DNA of 64,000 nt from Hormiphora californensis (taxonomy: Eukaryota > Animalia > Ctenophora). This document shows positions 12,301 through 31,480 of this stretch, piece by piece; within the stretch, counting starts at the first letter, position 1, and every line of letters starts with the position of its first letter. Position numbers and translations under genes: made by a program. Under the pieces are notes generated by a model that was given only the letters and a program-made list of their open reading frames with translations, searched no databases and was not told the origin of the DNA. The stretch covers positions 7,936,001 through 8,000,000 of the forward strand of contig CM035357.1 in assembly GCA_020137815.1 (NCBI GenBank). Reading direction: 5' to 3'.

Positions 12301-14300
12301 AATGGGTGGGAGGGAAATACGACAGAGAGTTGAGACAGAGATTCAGTTAGAGATTCAGTTAGGAGAGGAAGATGGGGAGAGTGATAGATAGAAAGTACAG
12401 ATTGGAGAATTGATAGACGCAATTAATGTTTTGTACAAAATCTCAAATCAAAAACACACAAATCAAAGAAGGGAAGGATCGAAGCTCATGTTCTCAAGGA
12501 CAGTGAAGGCAGAGCACCGGCTGTAGACAGTATCATCCAGAATCCTGGTATATTCCTCAGGCTTTCCTCCTTCTGAGACGTAGGGGTGTCGCAGGGCATC
12601 AGAGATAGTGATCCTCTCCCAGTCCTTTTTCTCCAGCATCCTCTTCAAGAAGTCCCGGGCAGGTCTGGAGATGAGATCAGGAAAGGTAAGGGGTCCTCGG
12701 ATCACGTCCTCCTCAGAGGTGAAGGGTAGCCGGGCAGTGAGGACTTCAAACAGGACAACTCCACAGGACCAGATGGTAGTTGGTTCAGCACGGTATCCAC
12801 TCTCCATGATCCACTCAGGAGGTGCGAAGGCGGGGGTTCCATAAGCTCCGGTGAAGACATCCCTGTTTGCATATGTAGAGGATCCAAAGTCTATCAGTTT
12901 TATCTCGTTGGTATAGGTGTTGATAAGGAGGTTCTCACTCTTGATATCCCGGTGGAAGATAAGGTTCTGGTCCAGGTAGTCCACTGCAGAGAGAAGTTGT
13001 TGGGCGATGTAGCTGCAAGTTTCATCGTTCTGGGGTCCCAGGTGGGTCAGGAATGCAGAGAGGTCCATTGAGGCTAGAGGGCGTTCCAGTACAAGGGCGA
13101 ATTTCTTCTTAAACACGAACAGGTCCACGAGAGAGATAATGTTGGGATGGTCCAGGGTATCCAGGATTACTGCTTCAGCAGGGAGGGACTGTTTGTTGAC
13201 ATCCATCATAGTCTCCACGTCCTTCTTGCTGATGTACTTGACGGCCACAGTGCGGAAAGTGAAGGATTCAGTCGCCTCAATGATCTTGCCAAAAGAACCA
13301 GATCCGATGGTGCGGCCCAGGCTGTACTTGGAAAGGAAGTCAGACTTGTCGGATGAAGTAGGTCGGGTACAGGAGAGGAGAGGAGTGAAGAGCTTGTTTC
13401 CCATGTTGTAGTAGTAGATGGATAGTAGATAGTAAAGAGAGGATTGAATGTTTGATGTTGATGGATCTGGAGAGAGGGTTTTTGTGTGTTGTGGAGAAAA
13501 TCTTGTTTGCATGTACCAGGGTTAGTGGATCCATGTTAATCAAGGAGGGAATGTGATACTGATTGGGCTAGCATGGTGTGCGATATGCGATACGGTGATT
13601 TGGGGTGTGGGTAACAAGAATCGCCTCGCCCTGACTAGATCACGTTACCAGGACAACTCGGGCATTACAGCTCACATTACAATATAGTCGTTACTCAACA
13701 ACAATATAGGGTTTTGGACAAACATACAACCATAGCATGTGTCACAGAAAGAAGAGCAACTAGAATAAAGCTCCCGAAAATCATGATTAATCTCTCTTTC
13801 TATTAGCACAAGTTGACCCCTTCTCTCCCTGATACAGTCTCACTGCTGGTTGGTAAGTTTGGCACTACGTTATCCAAGATATCTATTCACCAGTTGTACC
13901 AAGAAGAAATACCACGACACGAACGAGGTTTGTATTGGGCAGCTGGGTTTGGAATCAGGAATCGGATAAATTAGGCTGATATGGGGCGGATAATTCATTG
14001 AGACCGGTATCCAACACATATAACTCTCTCCCCACTCCAGGTATGATAGCGGGAGTGCAAGTTACCATGAACACATTCTTCAAGACAATCTCCATGACAG
14101 TGGCCCTATATGCCTCCACCGCTGAAAACTTTATCTACCTGGTTTGGATGAGTGTCGTGGTGGAAACTGTTATTTTAGCTATTTACAGCAGGTTTGCATG
14201 GCTCTACACACGGGGTGGGGTTAGTGGCAGTGAACCGGTTCAACCCCACCTCCTTCAAGAGGAAGATTTGGAGAGTGAGAGGGGGGCATCCGTTGTATGA
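9357..14300 (+). CDS. Ferroportin (SLC40)-like MFS transporter, 10 exons
   Basis: Exons ~9357-9480, 9566-9688, 9782-9894, 10070-10293, 10487-10907, 11031-11221, 11316-11406, 11491-12158, 13838-13927, 14041-14300 with compatible phases. Motifs GRRMWSFA, IGTLIDR, RDWMVTVVGGDRARLARLNVWVTRIDE, YLRTQG and IHQLYQEEIPRHERGMIAGVQVTMN align with ferroportin TM1, TM2, TM4-5, TM7 and TM10-11. Confidence 0.85.
12463..13404 (-). CDS. Pim-family Ser/Thr kinase, intronless, nested antisense in ferroportin-like intron 8
   Basis: GSGSFG, VAVK, Pim-type hinge LVLERP, HRDIKSEN, KLIDFG, GTPAFAPPEWI; probable start MGNKL at 13404. Confidence 0.9.
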   Translation of the reverse strand: MGNKLFTPLLSCTRPTSSDKSDFLSKYSLGRTIGSGSFGKIIEATESFTFRTVAVKYISKKDVETMMDVNKQSLPAEAVILDTLDHPNIISLVDLFVFKKKFALVLERPLASMDLSAFLTHLGPQNDETCSYIAQQLLSAVDYLDQNLIFHRDIKSENLLINTYTNEIKLIDFGSSTYANRDVFTGAYGTPAFAPPEWIMESGYRAEPTTIWSCGVVLFEVLTARLPFTSEEDVIRGPLTFPDLISRPARDFLKRMLEKKDWERITISDALRHPYVSEGGKPEEYTRILDDTVYSRCSAFTVLENMSFDPSLL

Positions 14301-14745
14301 TCTTGGAATTTTAAAACTCTGGACATTTTGATCTTTTTTAACTTATGCGTGTTGACACATCTGCAGTTGTTTATTAATTTGTTTTGAAAGCAGGTTAACC
14401 AACAGAGTGACAAAGTGACAGGTGTATGATTATTCAGACTGTTTTTAGTTTTCACTTCACCATAACACGGTGTTTTTCGCTTTACAATGCAGAATAAATT
14501 GAGGCATAATAACATAAAATAAAAGAAATAATATCCCGGCGTATGAGACATAAAATTAACTTTCTCTCTCCCACACACGAACATGACAAACATAAAAAAA
14601 AATCGCCCAACCTCACGAGGTTGCGAGGTTGCCACCACATGAGGTTGTAAACAGCTTAAGAAAGATGATAGGTTGTGTGAGTGTGTGCTACAAAAAGGCG
14701 CTCGGCGCCATAAATTATCCAAGAAACGTCTCTTTGGCAAAAAGT

Positions 14746-15730
14746 TTAACCTCTCGTGAAACCTTTGGGGTAAGATCGTAGTAATCGAGCGCCCAGCTCC
14801 CTCTTTCCTCGGCTAACCTCCCTCTTTCCTCGACTAACCTCTCTCTTTCCTCGGCTAACCTCATCCGACTCTTCTTCTGAAGCCTTCATTCCTCCCCTAG
14901 AACAACACTGGTATGGCCTCTCAGCCTCCCTCTTTCCTCGACTACCTTCCTCAGCCTCCCTCTTTCCTCGACTACCTTCCTCAGCCTCCCTCTTTCCTCG
15001 ACTTCCTTCCTCAGCCTCCCTCTTTCCTCGACTACCTTCCTCAGCCTCCCTCTTTCCTCGACTTCCTTCCTCAGCCTCCCTTTTTCCTCGACTTCCTTCC
15101 TCAGCCTCCCTCTTTCCTCGACTACCTTCCTCAGCCTCCCTTTTTCCTCGACTTCCTTCCTCAGCCTCCCTCTTTCCTCGACTACCTTCCTCAGCCTCCC
15201 TCTTTCCTCGACTACCTTCCTCAGCCTCCCTCTTTCCTCGACTTCCTTCCTCAGCCTCCCTCTTTCCTCGACTAATTTCATCCTCAGAATTCCGCATACC
15301 TCGAGATCCTTCTTCCTCGGAAGCCCTGAAACCTCGAGAAACTTCCTCAGCCTCTTCTTCACTTAGACCTCGCATCATCAGGTCTCTTTTGCCTCGCATC
15401 ATCAGATCTCTTTTGCCTCTCATCATCAGATCTCTTTTGCCTCGCATTAACTCAAGATCCCTCTTGCCCCTCATCATTTCGAGATCCCGCCTTCCCCTCA
15501 TCAATTCTCGCTTCCCTCGCATTAACTCTCTCTTTCCACGCATCAGTTCTTCACTTTCTCCACAGACCAGAGCTACCAAAACCACTGAAAAAGGAAAGTT
15601 TTTAAACTAAAATTCTTATAGGGGTTACATCGAACACTATCTAAATACAAAACAGAACAAAATAGGTAGCAATTTGGTACCAAAACAGATTGGAGTTTAA
15701 CTTACCAAGGCAAAGGGTGAAAAGTTTCAT
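14746..15730 (-). CDS. Neuropeptide/secretory peptide precursor yielding Arg-amide peptides (2 exons)
   Basis: Exon 1 15730-15706 (MKLFTLCL), GT-AG intron 15705-15585, exon 2 15584-14746. Signal peptide MKLFTLCLVVLVALVCG, followed by repeats ending R-G-KR; the C-terminus ends FTRG-stop. Confidence 0.85.
14941..15270 (-). repeat. 30-bp coding tandem repeat, 11 copies (EAEEGSRGKR)
   Basis: act(a/t)ccttcctcagcctccct(c/t)tttcctcg x11; the variable positions are synonymous. Confidence 0.95.
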
Positions 15731-17434
15731 TTTGAAGATGGTTGAAGAAACGGAAGATATCGACCAGGTATTAGGATGCGGACTTTCCAAGATAATGAAT
15801 TCTTGCTAAATTGGAATGGGTAATAGAGTTTTAACTTTTCAGATGGTACGAGTTTGAATCCAAGCAAAGACAACACGATTAGAAACTACAATGGTTTGGA
15901 AAAAGGCGACTTCCGAGAAGCTAATTGATGCTGGGCGGACGAAGGCCAAAGATCCCTCTCACGCTTGCAGACCCTTTACAAAACGCTCTCCCTCCCTCTA
16001 AAGTAAAACCACAGTTATAAGCGATACTTAAACTGAAATGCAGGAAATCTGTGAACTCCATTTTAGACATCCCCCTCGCTTTATCCCCCTCTCTCTTTCT
16101 CTCTATCTCTGATCTCCCTTGCTCTCTCTCTCCCTTCTCTACAATGCTGTTAGACTATGATTTCCTACTACTAAGCATCCCAAAGATGTCTAAGATATAA
16201 TGCCTAGTTAGTAAACAGGAGAGACATCTGGTTAGAGAAAGATACAATTTGCTGCGGAAGCAAGTAGAGTAACGGCTTGATGGGCTAATAATAGAGGGTC
16301 GAGAGACCCGGAAAGATCAGTTAATAAATATCGGGAATATGCGATCATTGTAAGAGGAAGGAGGGTTCGAGAGAGAGAGAGAGAAAGATCAGGGGAGAGA
16401 ATTAGTTAATTTACAGTTTATTAATCGCCCCCTGCCCCAGGAATGACCCTGGATATTGGCACTTTATTGGTAATTTAAATGTTGGTTCCGGGAAAAGGTA
16501 CCAATATTGGTAACTTGGATAAAAGTTTCCAATTTCCAGGAGGACCAATTTTGGCGCTGCTAGCAACTCAAAACTGGTTCTAAATTCTGCTTTTTATACC
16601 AACCCACAAACACAGGACCACCTAATACCTCACAGTTCAAACCGTTTCATGTTCCTGTCGCAAATTTCTTTGTGGAAACTGGAAAATTTAAAGCTCTCTT
16701 ATACAAAGATATTTACAATTTCAAGTGGGCGAGAAAGTCCCATCCTCAAAGTAATTCAAATTAAATTCGGCATGAGCAAGGAACAACTTGTTTTTAGAAA
16801 AAGGTGTGCCGTGTGAGACATTCCATTTTGTTCAAGGTTGAGCATTGCAAGGCAACCAACTACTAGGAATGGTGACCCTATAATGGTGCCTATAGTTGGT
16901 TCTATCTCTAGCTCTAACTGGTGAAACATTAACACAATGGGGGTATCCTGGTTACCCACTAGTGGCTATCTGGATAGAATAGAGTAGGGAATTATCAGGA
17001 CATATGGTAATGGACCACCGAGAATGGCCAAGCTGCAAGCAAAACCCCAGTGGTCCAATGCGGGTCTGACCCATTAAATTCTAGGATGTCCCGCTTTTAT
17101 GTGCATTGTCCATGACGTGGGAGAGGGATTGGGCACGTGCAATATAGCACGTGACACGGTATAACAATGAGAGGAGGAGTTATTATTGGGGGGGGGGGGG
17201 GGGGGGCTAGATAGTGAGACCTGGAGAGGGAGAGGAGGACAGCTGTAGTAGGCGAGGGATGTGAGAGGGACGATGTGCTGTAAAACATGATTAAATTGCC
17301 TGGGGAAGGATGCGATGTATTATATGACATGTGATTGAGAGGGACATGATTTGTTACTTTAGTGCTGCCCATCAATAGCAATATTGATTGTGTGTGACAT
17401 AGAGGAATTAGCTGAAGTAAAATTTGATCTACCA

Positions 17435-17529
17435 AACCCTCGCACAGCGCACTCGCTCTGTAATTTTGAAATGACGGTCATTTCATTTCAAAATGACATT
17501 ATACAGAGCGAGTGCGCTGTGCAAGGGTT
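17435..17529. mobile_element. ~95-bp palindromic MITE with CCCT...AGGG ends (piggyBac-like)
   Basis: aaccctcgcacagcgcactcgctctgta ... tacagagcgagtgcgctgtgcaagggtt; TTAA flanks are degenerate. Confidence 0.55.
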
Positions 17530-17861
17530 ACTAAAAGGAACTGGACTCATACAGTAGCTAAAATACCAACTCAGCATCATGGTAGTTGCCCCACATAAAG
17601 GCAACACTCGGGAACTCCAAAATGTCTATCAGAAGGTCGATTGTTATTTTATCAAAAGGGGCGTATCATGCTAACTTCCATGCTATTGTTAGAGGCTGTG
17701 GTAATTGATGGACGCTTCGAGATAGCTAATAAACACCACACAATGAAATACACGCCCTCGAGGGATCCATGATATCTTGCTAGCACAGCGAGATCTTGCA
17801 CAAATCTTACAGTTTGACATTGTGGTTAAAGCGGACGGGGTAGAAACTTGGAAGGGGTGAA

Positions 17862-18037
17862 AACTAGGAAGGGGTGAGAACATGTCCTGGGTATGGGAGG
17901 TCATTTAAGAGAGACTGGTAAAAACAAGGATTTTTGCCCCTTCTTCTTTGTTTAAAGTTCCAGTACAGTTTAAAGTTCCAGTACAGTCTAAAATGACCTC
18001 CCATACCTAAAACGTGTCATCATCCCTTTCCTAAGAT
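17862..18037. repeat. Imperfect inverted-repeat element (MITE-like)
   Basis: taggaaggggtgagaacatgtcctgggtatgggaggtcattt ... aaatgacctcccatacctaaaacgtgtcatcatccctttccta. Confidence 0.5.
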
Positions 18038-18262
18038 AAAATTTGGTGGTCGAAGTTGAACCCGAACTATAAGTATAATGATTTCATATGCAATCTTACA
18101 AGGGATGATGCTCTCGTGGCTGGATCAGAGTCCCAAAACAAGAGCTCACAATTGTCTGAACTACTCCCAGGGTAACTTTTATAGCCCAGTTACCCTGCTT
18201 AGGGGGACAATAAGTCTCAGTAAATTAGGGGCAATGGCTATTCAGGCTTAATTTCCATTTAC

Positions 18263-18345
<83 letters not shown>

Positions 18346-19943
18346 CTCTATCTTCCTTTTCCTAAAGTTAATGGGTCATGATATTAACCCCTTGTGATGC
18401 CTAGTTTTCCTCCTCTTCACTTCCAGAAGAGAAGGGCTACTAGTGAGTCGAATTGTAAGCGTGGTCAGGGAGCAGAGGATAGTAGGATTGCATGAGCGAG
18501 AGTTCCATGTGACATATGCTGCATCTCGTTAGGCGTCTCGCCCCCATTATACACCAGTCTGGCCCCGCCTTTTTAAACCGCAACCACCGCAAAGACAAAG
18601 GAAAGATATGCAAATTTTGGGGGATTGGAACAAGGTAAATCATAATGGGAGAACATTTTCAAAAGATCAAAAAACTTTCATAATTCATAGTCCTTTTGCT
18701 TTCTTCGAGCGATTCATACACGTGTTAAGTCTCTTTCACAATACTCTCTCTCTCTCTTCAATTATACTCATGATCGCTACTTTCTCTTTGTCTACTAGAC
18801 CACGTCAATGGGACAAAATATATTGTGTCCCTATTGACGTGGTTCACAAATCTCTATTATAATTTGGAGATGAACGACGTCGAAGTGGTGGTCGTTCGTT
18901 AGGCGGTATCTAAGCGACAGTCTGCTCCTTCATAAAACACTTTATAGGCCAAAAGCTGTAAAGCTGTTATTCACACTTTTGGAACTTCCAGTGGAAGTTT
19001 GTTAATATTTTCGAATGACTTTTTACATGCCAGTCCCCATAGTTACCGATTCAGTTGCCATGGCAACCGTGTTATTGCCGTTGAAAGGGGCGAAAAGAAC
19101 CGCCCGGCGAAGCCGGGTGGGTTGTCAAAAAGCCCTTACTTGAGGCGCACCCAATGGGTGCGCTAGTTCTAGAAAAGTTCTAGATGAATCTTAGAAACAC
19201 GGCTAGATATATTGGCTATTATAATGGCTATTACCCGGCTATATTGTAGTATTATCATGAAATACTCCTTATTTACTCAACCAAGCTTTTACAAATTTGT
19301 CAAAATATCCCGATGCACAACAAATGGAGTCCATATTATATCTTTCATTCGTCAAAATTAGCAGTCATTTCAATATCATCTACTGAGTGTCTATCACGTT
19401 TGCAGCTCTGCTGTGCTGAGCAGCACATGGGATGCCCTAAGGGGCGGGGGTGCTCCTCCCGTCCCGAAGTAAGAGAACGACCAGGAGGGGGTCAGGGTGG
19501 GGGCAACACGTTCCTTAAACGCTAACTCTCTGTGTAACCTGGTGGGGGAGAGAGGGGGATTTAGTTGTAGTATATCATAGTAGGGTCAATTCAAGGAACA
19601 TATAATGGCCCCAATCCCTATGCTGGGACGGCATTGAAAATTAATTTACAAGATTTCCTAGTTTCTGAATTCAGCAATTCTAGAACGTATTGTCCCTAAA
19701 GTCACATTGTCTCTAAAGAGGTTCCCCATGGGATAATGATAATGTTTCCTTCTCTAATCTTGGCCTTCCCCGGGGTAGGGGGGTCAATTAAAGAGAAAAT
19801 CTTGGAAGGAGCACCCATTATTTGATCTATGAGATGGCTGCTGAGTGTTCTCGACGCCAAAGAAATACAATTCTACCCCGCGATTCTTTGTTGAGTAAGG
19901 GGGAAGAGTGTCCCCCTTACTCAACAAGTGATTCTCCTATAAC

Positions 19944-27143
<7,200 letters not shown>

Positions 27144-27400
27144 ATTGGTATACCTTGGGATAAGATTCCGGTTGTATCGAACTGCTGAACAAAACCATAT
27201 TGAGAAAAATAAAGAACACAGTGGCTCAGACAAGCACAACACACGATTTGTTTTCTCCGAAATAGCAGCTCGTCTTGTCCCCGTTCAAATGGCTTTTCTC
27301 TCCCTCTCTTTCTCTGTCTCTCTCTCCCTCACTCTGACAACAATTGGTACTTGAAAGTGCAATGCTTCTGCGGCCTGAGTGCACGACAAGCCGTTGAAAA

Positions 27401-27509
<109 letters not shown>

Positions 27510-28381
27510 GAGAGTCTCTGAGGGTCGACTAAGCATGACAGATGAGCCATTGAAACTATATCGATACATAGTGAGACTGGGCCGGCTCCAAGCATTACAC
27601 AATTAAGCACATTACCTCAACACCTGATTTACAAGACACGTTAGGTGGCGTGGCGGCACTAATATTCCCACAGATTCCCATTAGGTCAGGGCTGTTTTGA
27701 GTCAAGTTTAGTTACGTTATTCTAGAACTACTAGCTGGTCTGGCCAATGTGTTCGTCATTGCATGTCTGGACACGGTGGCTAAACAATTGACCCATTTAG
27801 AGGATCAAAGATTGTAGCAGTCCAAGCTAACAAGATAATCGACAGCCCTGACCTTTTCGAAGCAGCAAACTCGGAAAATAAGGGATGTGGCAAACCGTTT
27901 AAAATAGAGTAAATCATAGCACAAAGTTACCATACACACACTCTCTCACTTTCTTTTTCTCTCTCTTGCACTCTCTCTTTTCTAACTATCTCACCCTCTC
28001 TCTGCAGCTGTACAGAATGATTGTGTCCATCGACAGCCTGGGGGGTCTGGTTCACAACGGAAGCTGTGATTCTCCATACTGCTCTCTCTCTCTCTCTCTC
28101 TCCCACTCTATCTCTCTCTCTCCCACTCTATCTCTCTCCCTATCTCCATCTCTCTCTCTCTCTCTCTCCCTCTCTCTCTCTCCTCCCTCTCTCTATGTTC
28201 ATTTCTCCTGGTACAGCGTACGTCGTGCAATTCTAGACGGGAGGGTAGACGCCATTGGAGGACAATTTGAATAAAATGCCAAGCATTTAATTTGACACAC
28301 ACTTCCAGTTGTCCAATCTCAAAAACAGAGACACCTTTAAAAAATAAAAATTCGCTTCCAAGTTTAGATTGTCTTTCAGTC

Positions 28382-31300
28382 TCAATTCAGTCCCATCCTC
28401 TGCGGACAGTAAACACAACTAGTCCCTAATCTTCTGATATCTCTCACTGCAGTCACTTTATCCGTATGGTGAGAGGAAGCGATGTCCAGTAGGAACTGAG
28501 AACTTTCTTCCATTTTGTGGACTCTTTTTACGGAGTCCTCCCATCGGGCTGTCACTGTCTGTTTCACTCTGTGGGGGGTTTCAGCTGGAATTGCGGGTGA
28601 GAACAACAAAATACTGGTTGTTGAAAAACTGTAATCAAATTGGTAAAGATATCATATAAAAACTATATTTATGTGAGTCAGGAACCGACCGAAACAAGTA
28701 AACAACCAATCAGAACTCGTTATTTAGGTCACGTGACTGGTTATCAGCCAATCAGAGACCAGTATTTCCTGATTCGGTCGGTTCATGATGTGAGTAATAA
28801 GTTATATAACAGTATAATGTCTCACCCCTGAGTTTTTGCGGCTGGGTAACGGGGAAAACATTTCAGATAAACGGGAGAGAGCCGTTTTGCTGCGTGTCGT
28901 CCCCGGGCTTTCTAGTGCCACTCTACATGTGCTCACTTCCTTCAAACTGCGTGCTTCTGTGTGGGCGGGAGGGTGATAATAGCTGCACGTTTTATTTGCA
29001 CGTGCAGTCATATTTGCACGTGTAATTTCATTTGCACGTGCATAACTTTAACACACGTGGTACATACAGCGGGAGAAAAACCAAAGAAAAAGGGGTTTGC
29101 ATGGTATGCAACTTCGACAATAATTCAGCGCATGCAAAATTAAAATATGTACTATTGTTGTTGCTAAATATATCACTCAGGGCCAAAAAGGGCGGGCTGT
29201 GGTGTGTTAAGTGTAGGGCAAGGAGATGAAACCCCTTGCCCGAATGATATTTGTGTTTATGAAGGAGTCGTGTGCTAATTGCCAACCTTGACCAATTTAG
29301 AAGAAGGTTAGGTGCAATGTACATTGGTATTAATCTCGCTTCTGTCAGGGAGAGGGGGTGGGGTCAGGAAGAATTGTGATGGGATGCTGGCCATGTGAAC
29401 GATATGGAAGAGGGATTCTTTGTCGCAGGAAAAAAGATAGACAAAAGATAGATGTCATGAGTACAAATCCACTGAAAAGGATAGAAAGAAGATGGAGATT
29501 ACACCGTATACTCGACAATGGGACGGTAGGAGTTTCATGATGATTTACATGGCACAGAGTTTTGGATTTCGCGATCCCAACGACCTGGCAACTAATATTG
29601 GGCAACTAGATAGCACAGCTTCACACTCACCCTTCTCCTTCTCCTCAGCTAGAAGGTTATGTTTCCCTGCCTCCCTCTGTTCATGGATGGCCCAGGCACC
29701 AAACCTTCTAGCACCATGAGCCCTAGAGAGAGCCAACCATATCTTTCTGTTCGCAACTCCGCAGTTCTCTTTCGCCATAACTGATGCTTTCTGGGACTGC
29801 AGGGGATCAGGGGGTTACTTGATATTCAGACAAATATTACATGCGATAGAGGAAAAAGCCGGATGGTAAGGTTGTTAGTTTGACAGAGAGTACATTTATC
29901 GGCTCGTTGTTCTGAATCGTGACTATTTTAACATTCTTCTCCTACAGGTTGTTACTTACAGAAGCGTTAGCAGTCCGGTTATTCTTCACTAGTTTGTTGT
30001 TTCTCCACTTCCCATAATACAGCACATCATTGTTAGCTCTCAGTACCCCAAAACCATGCTTCATGTTATCTTTAAACCCACCCTCGTATACCTCACCTGG
30101 TGGGAGGGGGGGGGGGTTGTTGTGGGGGTCAGAGTTAATCGGGAGTTTTATACTGGGTTTTAGAAAGGGGTTAACACTTGAACAATATGAATATGAATAT
30201 GGAGGTGGGTTTATTACCTAGAAAGTTTCGTTCAATTCCATATCCGTGCCTCCTGTCTTCCTTCCACTGACCTCTATACACCTCTGTTTGCTAGAGAAAG
30301 GGTGGTGGGTTACATTTATAAATAGGTTTTGGAATTGTTTCTAAATATTTTTAATCTGACGTTCACACCTCTTCAGATGCCCAAACGCTCATTATGACGC
30401 TCAATATGACATTACCAAACACTAACATCAGTGGGTGAGAACTCCTCAAATATCTTGGCTCCCAGTAACTCCTCTAGGTCACTAACAGAGGGCACCTCCG
30501 TGGTACTCTCTGATAGACCCTTCTTGCTAGCAAAGGCTTCCTTTAGCTGGGTATTAGGGTTCACAACACGTACACCGTGCCCCTCCCTCACTCCCTTATT
30601 AAACTGGCCCGCGTAGAAACCTGGGGGAAGAGAGCGATATCATCTCGAATAGTGTGGCTAGTGCAAACAATACAAAAGGCAACGTCTTCTCAACAATCCC
30701 ATTCCCCCGGGGTGTATTTACAACTCCATCCCCCCGGAGGGGGGATTTTACCTCCATCCTTGTAGACCTCAACTCCATATCCCTCGTGCAGGTCGCTGTT
30801 CCATGTTCCCTCGTAGCTGCAACCAGTCTTACTAACTGCCACACCGTATCCCTGCTTGGAGTCCTTCACCCACTGGCCCTAATGGTAGAGGTCGTTAGAA
30901 AAACTGTTCTAACCACTAAATGGGTTTAGAGTTTGGGGTCGATAATGAAACTCCTAGACCAACCTTGTAAACATAAGTTTGGTGTTTCTCAACCCCAGTT
31001 CCATGTCTGTACCCATTCTCCCAAGTTCCGAAATACTGGACATTGTTGGGCCACATGTAGCACCCTATCCTCTCATATCCGTTCTCCCACTCCCCACTAA
31101 ACTGACAGCCCCTGTTATAGTGTAGGACACCATGCCCGTCAGCTTTATTATCAAACACCTCACCTAGAATGGAAGAGAGGAGGGGTGTTTAGAGGGGGTT
31201 CCGGGTGTTAAGAGGGGGTTGGAGAGAAGGGTTAGGACAAGAGAGGGGGTTAAGAGAAGGGTTAGGACAAGAGATGGGGGTTTAGAGGGGGTTAGGACAA

Positions 31301-31480
31301 GAGAGGGGTGTTTATATATGTAGAGGGGGTTAGGACAGGATAGGGGGATAACGACTAGAAAGGTGGATACCTAGATATACTTGATGATCATTCTCAATGG
31401 GGAACTTGTAGTGAAGCAGCTTCCTGGAAGGTTTAGCAGCTCGTGAACCACTCCTCGGCTCCCCTTCTGAGTCATCTGAA
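28382..31480 (-). CDS. JPH: Junctophilin-like MORN-repeat protein, multi-exon
   Basis: Six MORN repeats (YLGEVFDNKADGHG; FSGEWENGYERIG; YFGTWENGYRHGTG; YKGQWVKDSKQGYG; YEGTWNSDLHEGYG; YAGQFNKGVREGHG), a joining region, two more MORNs (YRGQWKEDRRHGYG; YEGGFKDNMKHGFG), then helical ANRKIWLALSRAHGAR resembling the JPH ARTKVEIANSRTAHAR helix. Start and 3' exons are uncertain. Confidence 0.8.
28679..28787. mobile_element. 109-bp hAT-type MITE
   Basis: TIR caggaaccgaccgaa; 8-bp TSD ATGTGAGT (28671-28678 / 28788-28795); same family as 57107-57215 and 61089-61197. Confidence 0.9.

Noticed and set aside
14913-15362. Alternative-frame ORFs (PQPPSFLDYL)n and (RGRLRKVVEE)n; also a possible CRISPR-like array
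   Set aside because: Shadows of the 30-bp neuropeptide repeat. Variation is synonymous only in the precursor frame, and there are no unique spacers.
29345-29605. Hydrophobic ORF as the junctophilin TM tail
   Set aside because: T-rich intron-like sequence; I found no convincing acceptor placing it in phase with the preceding exon.
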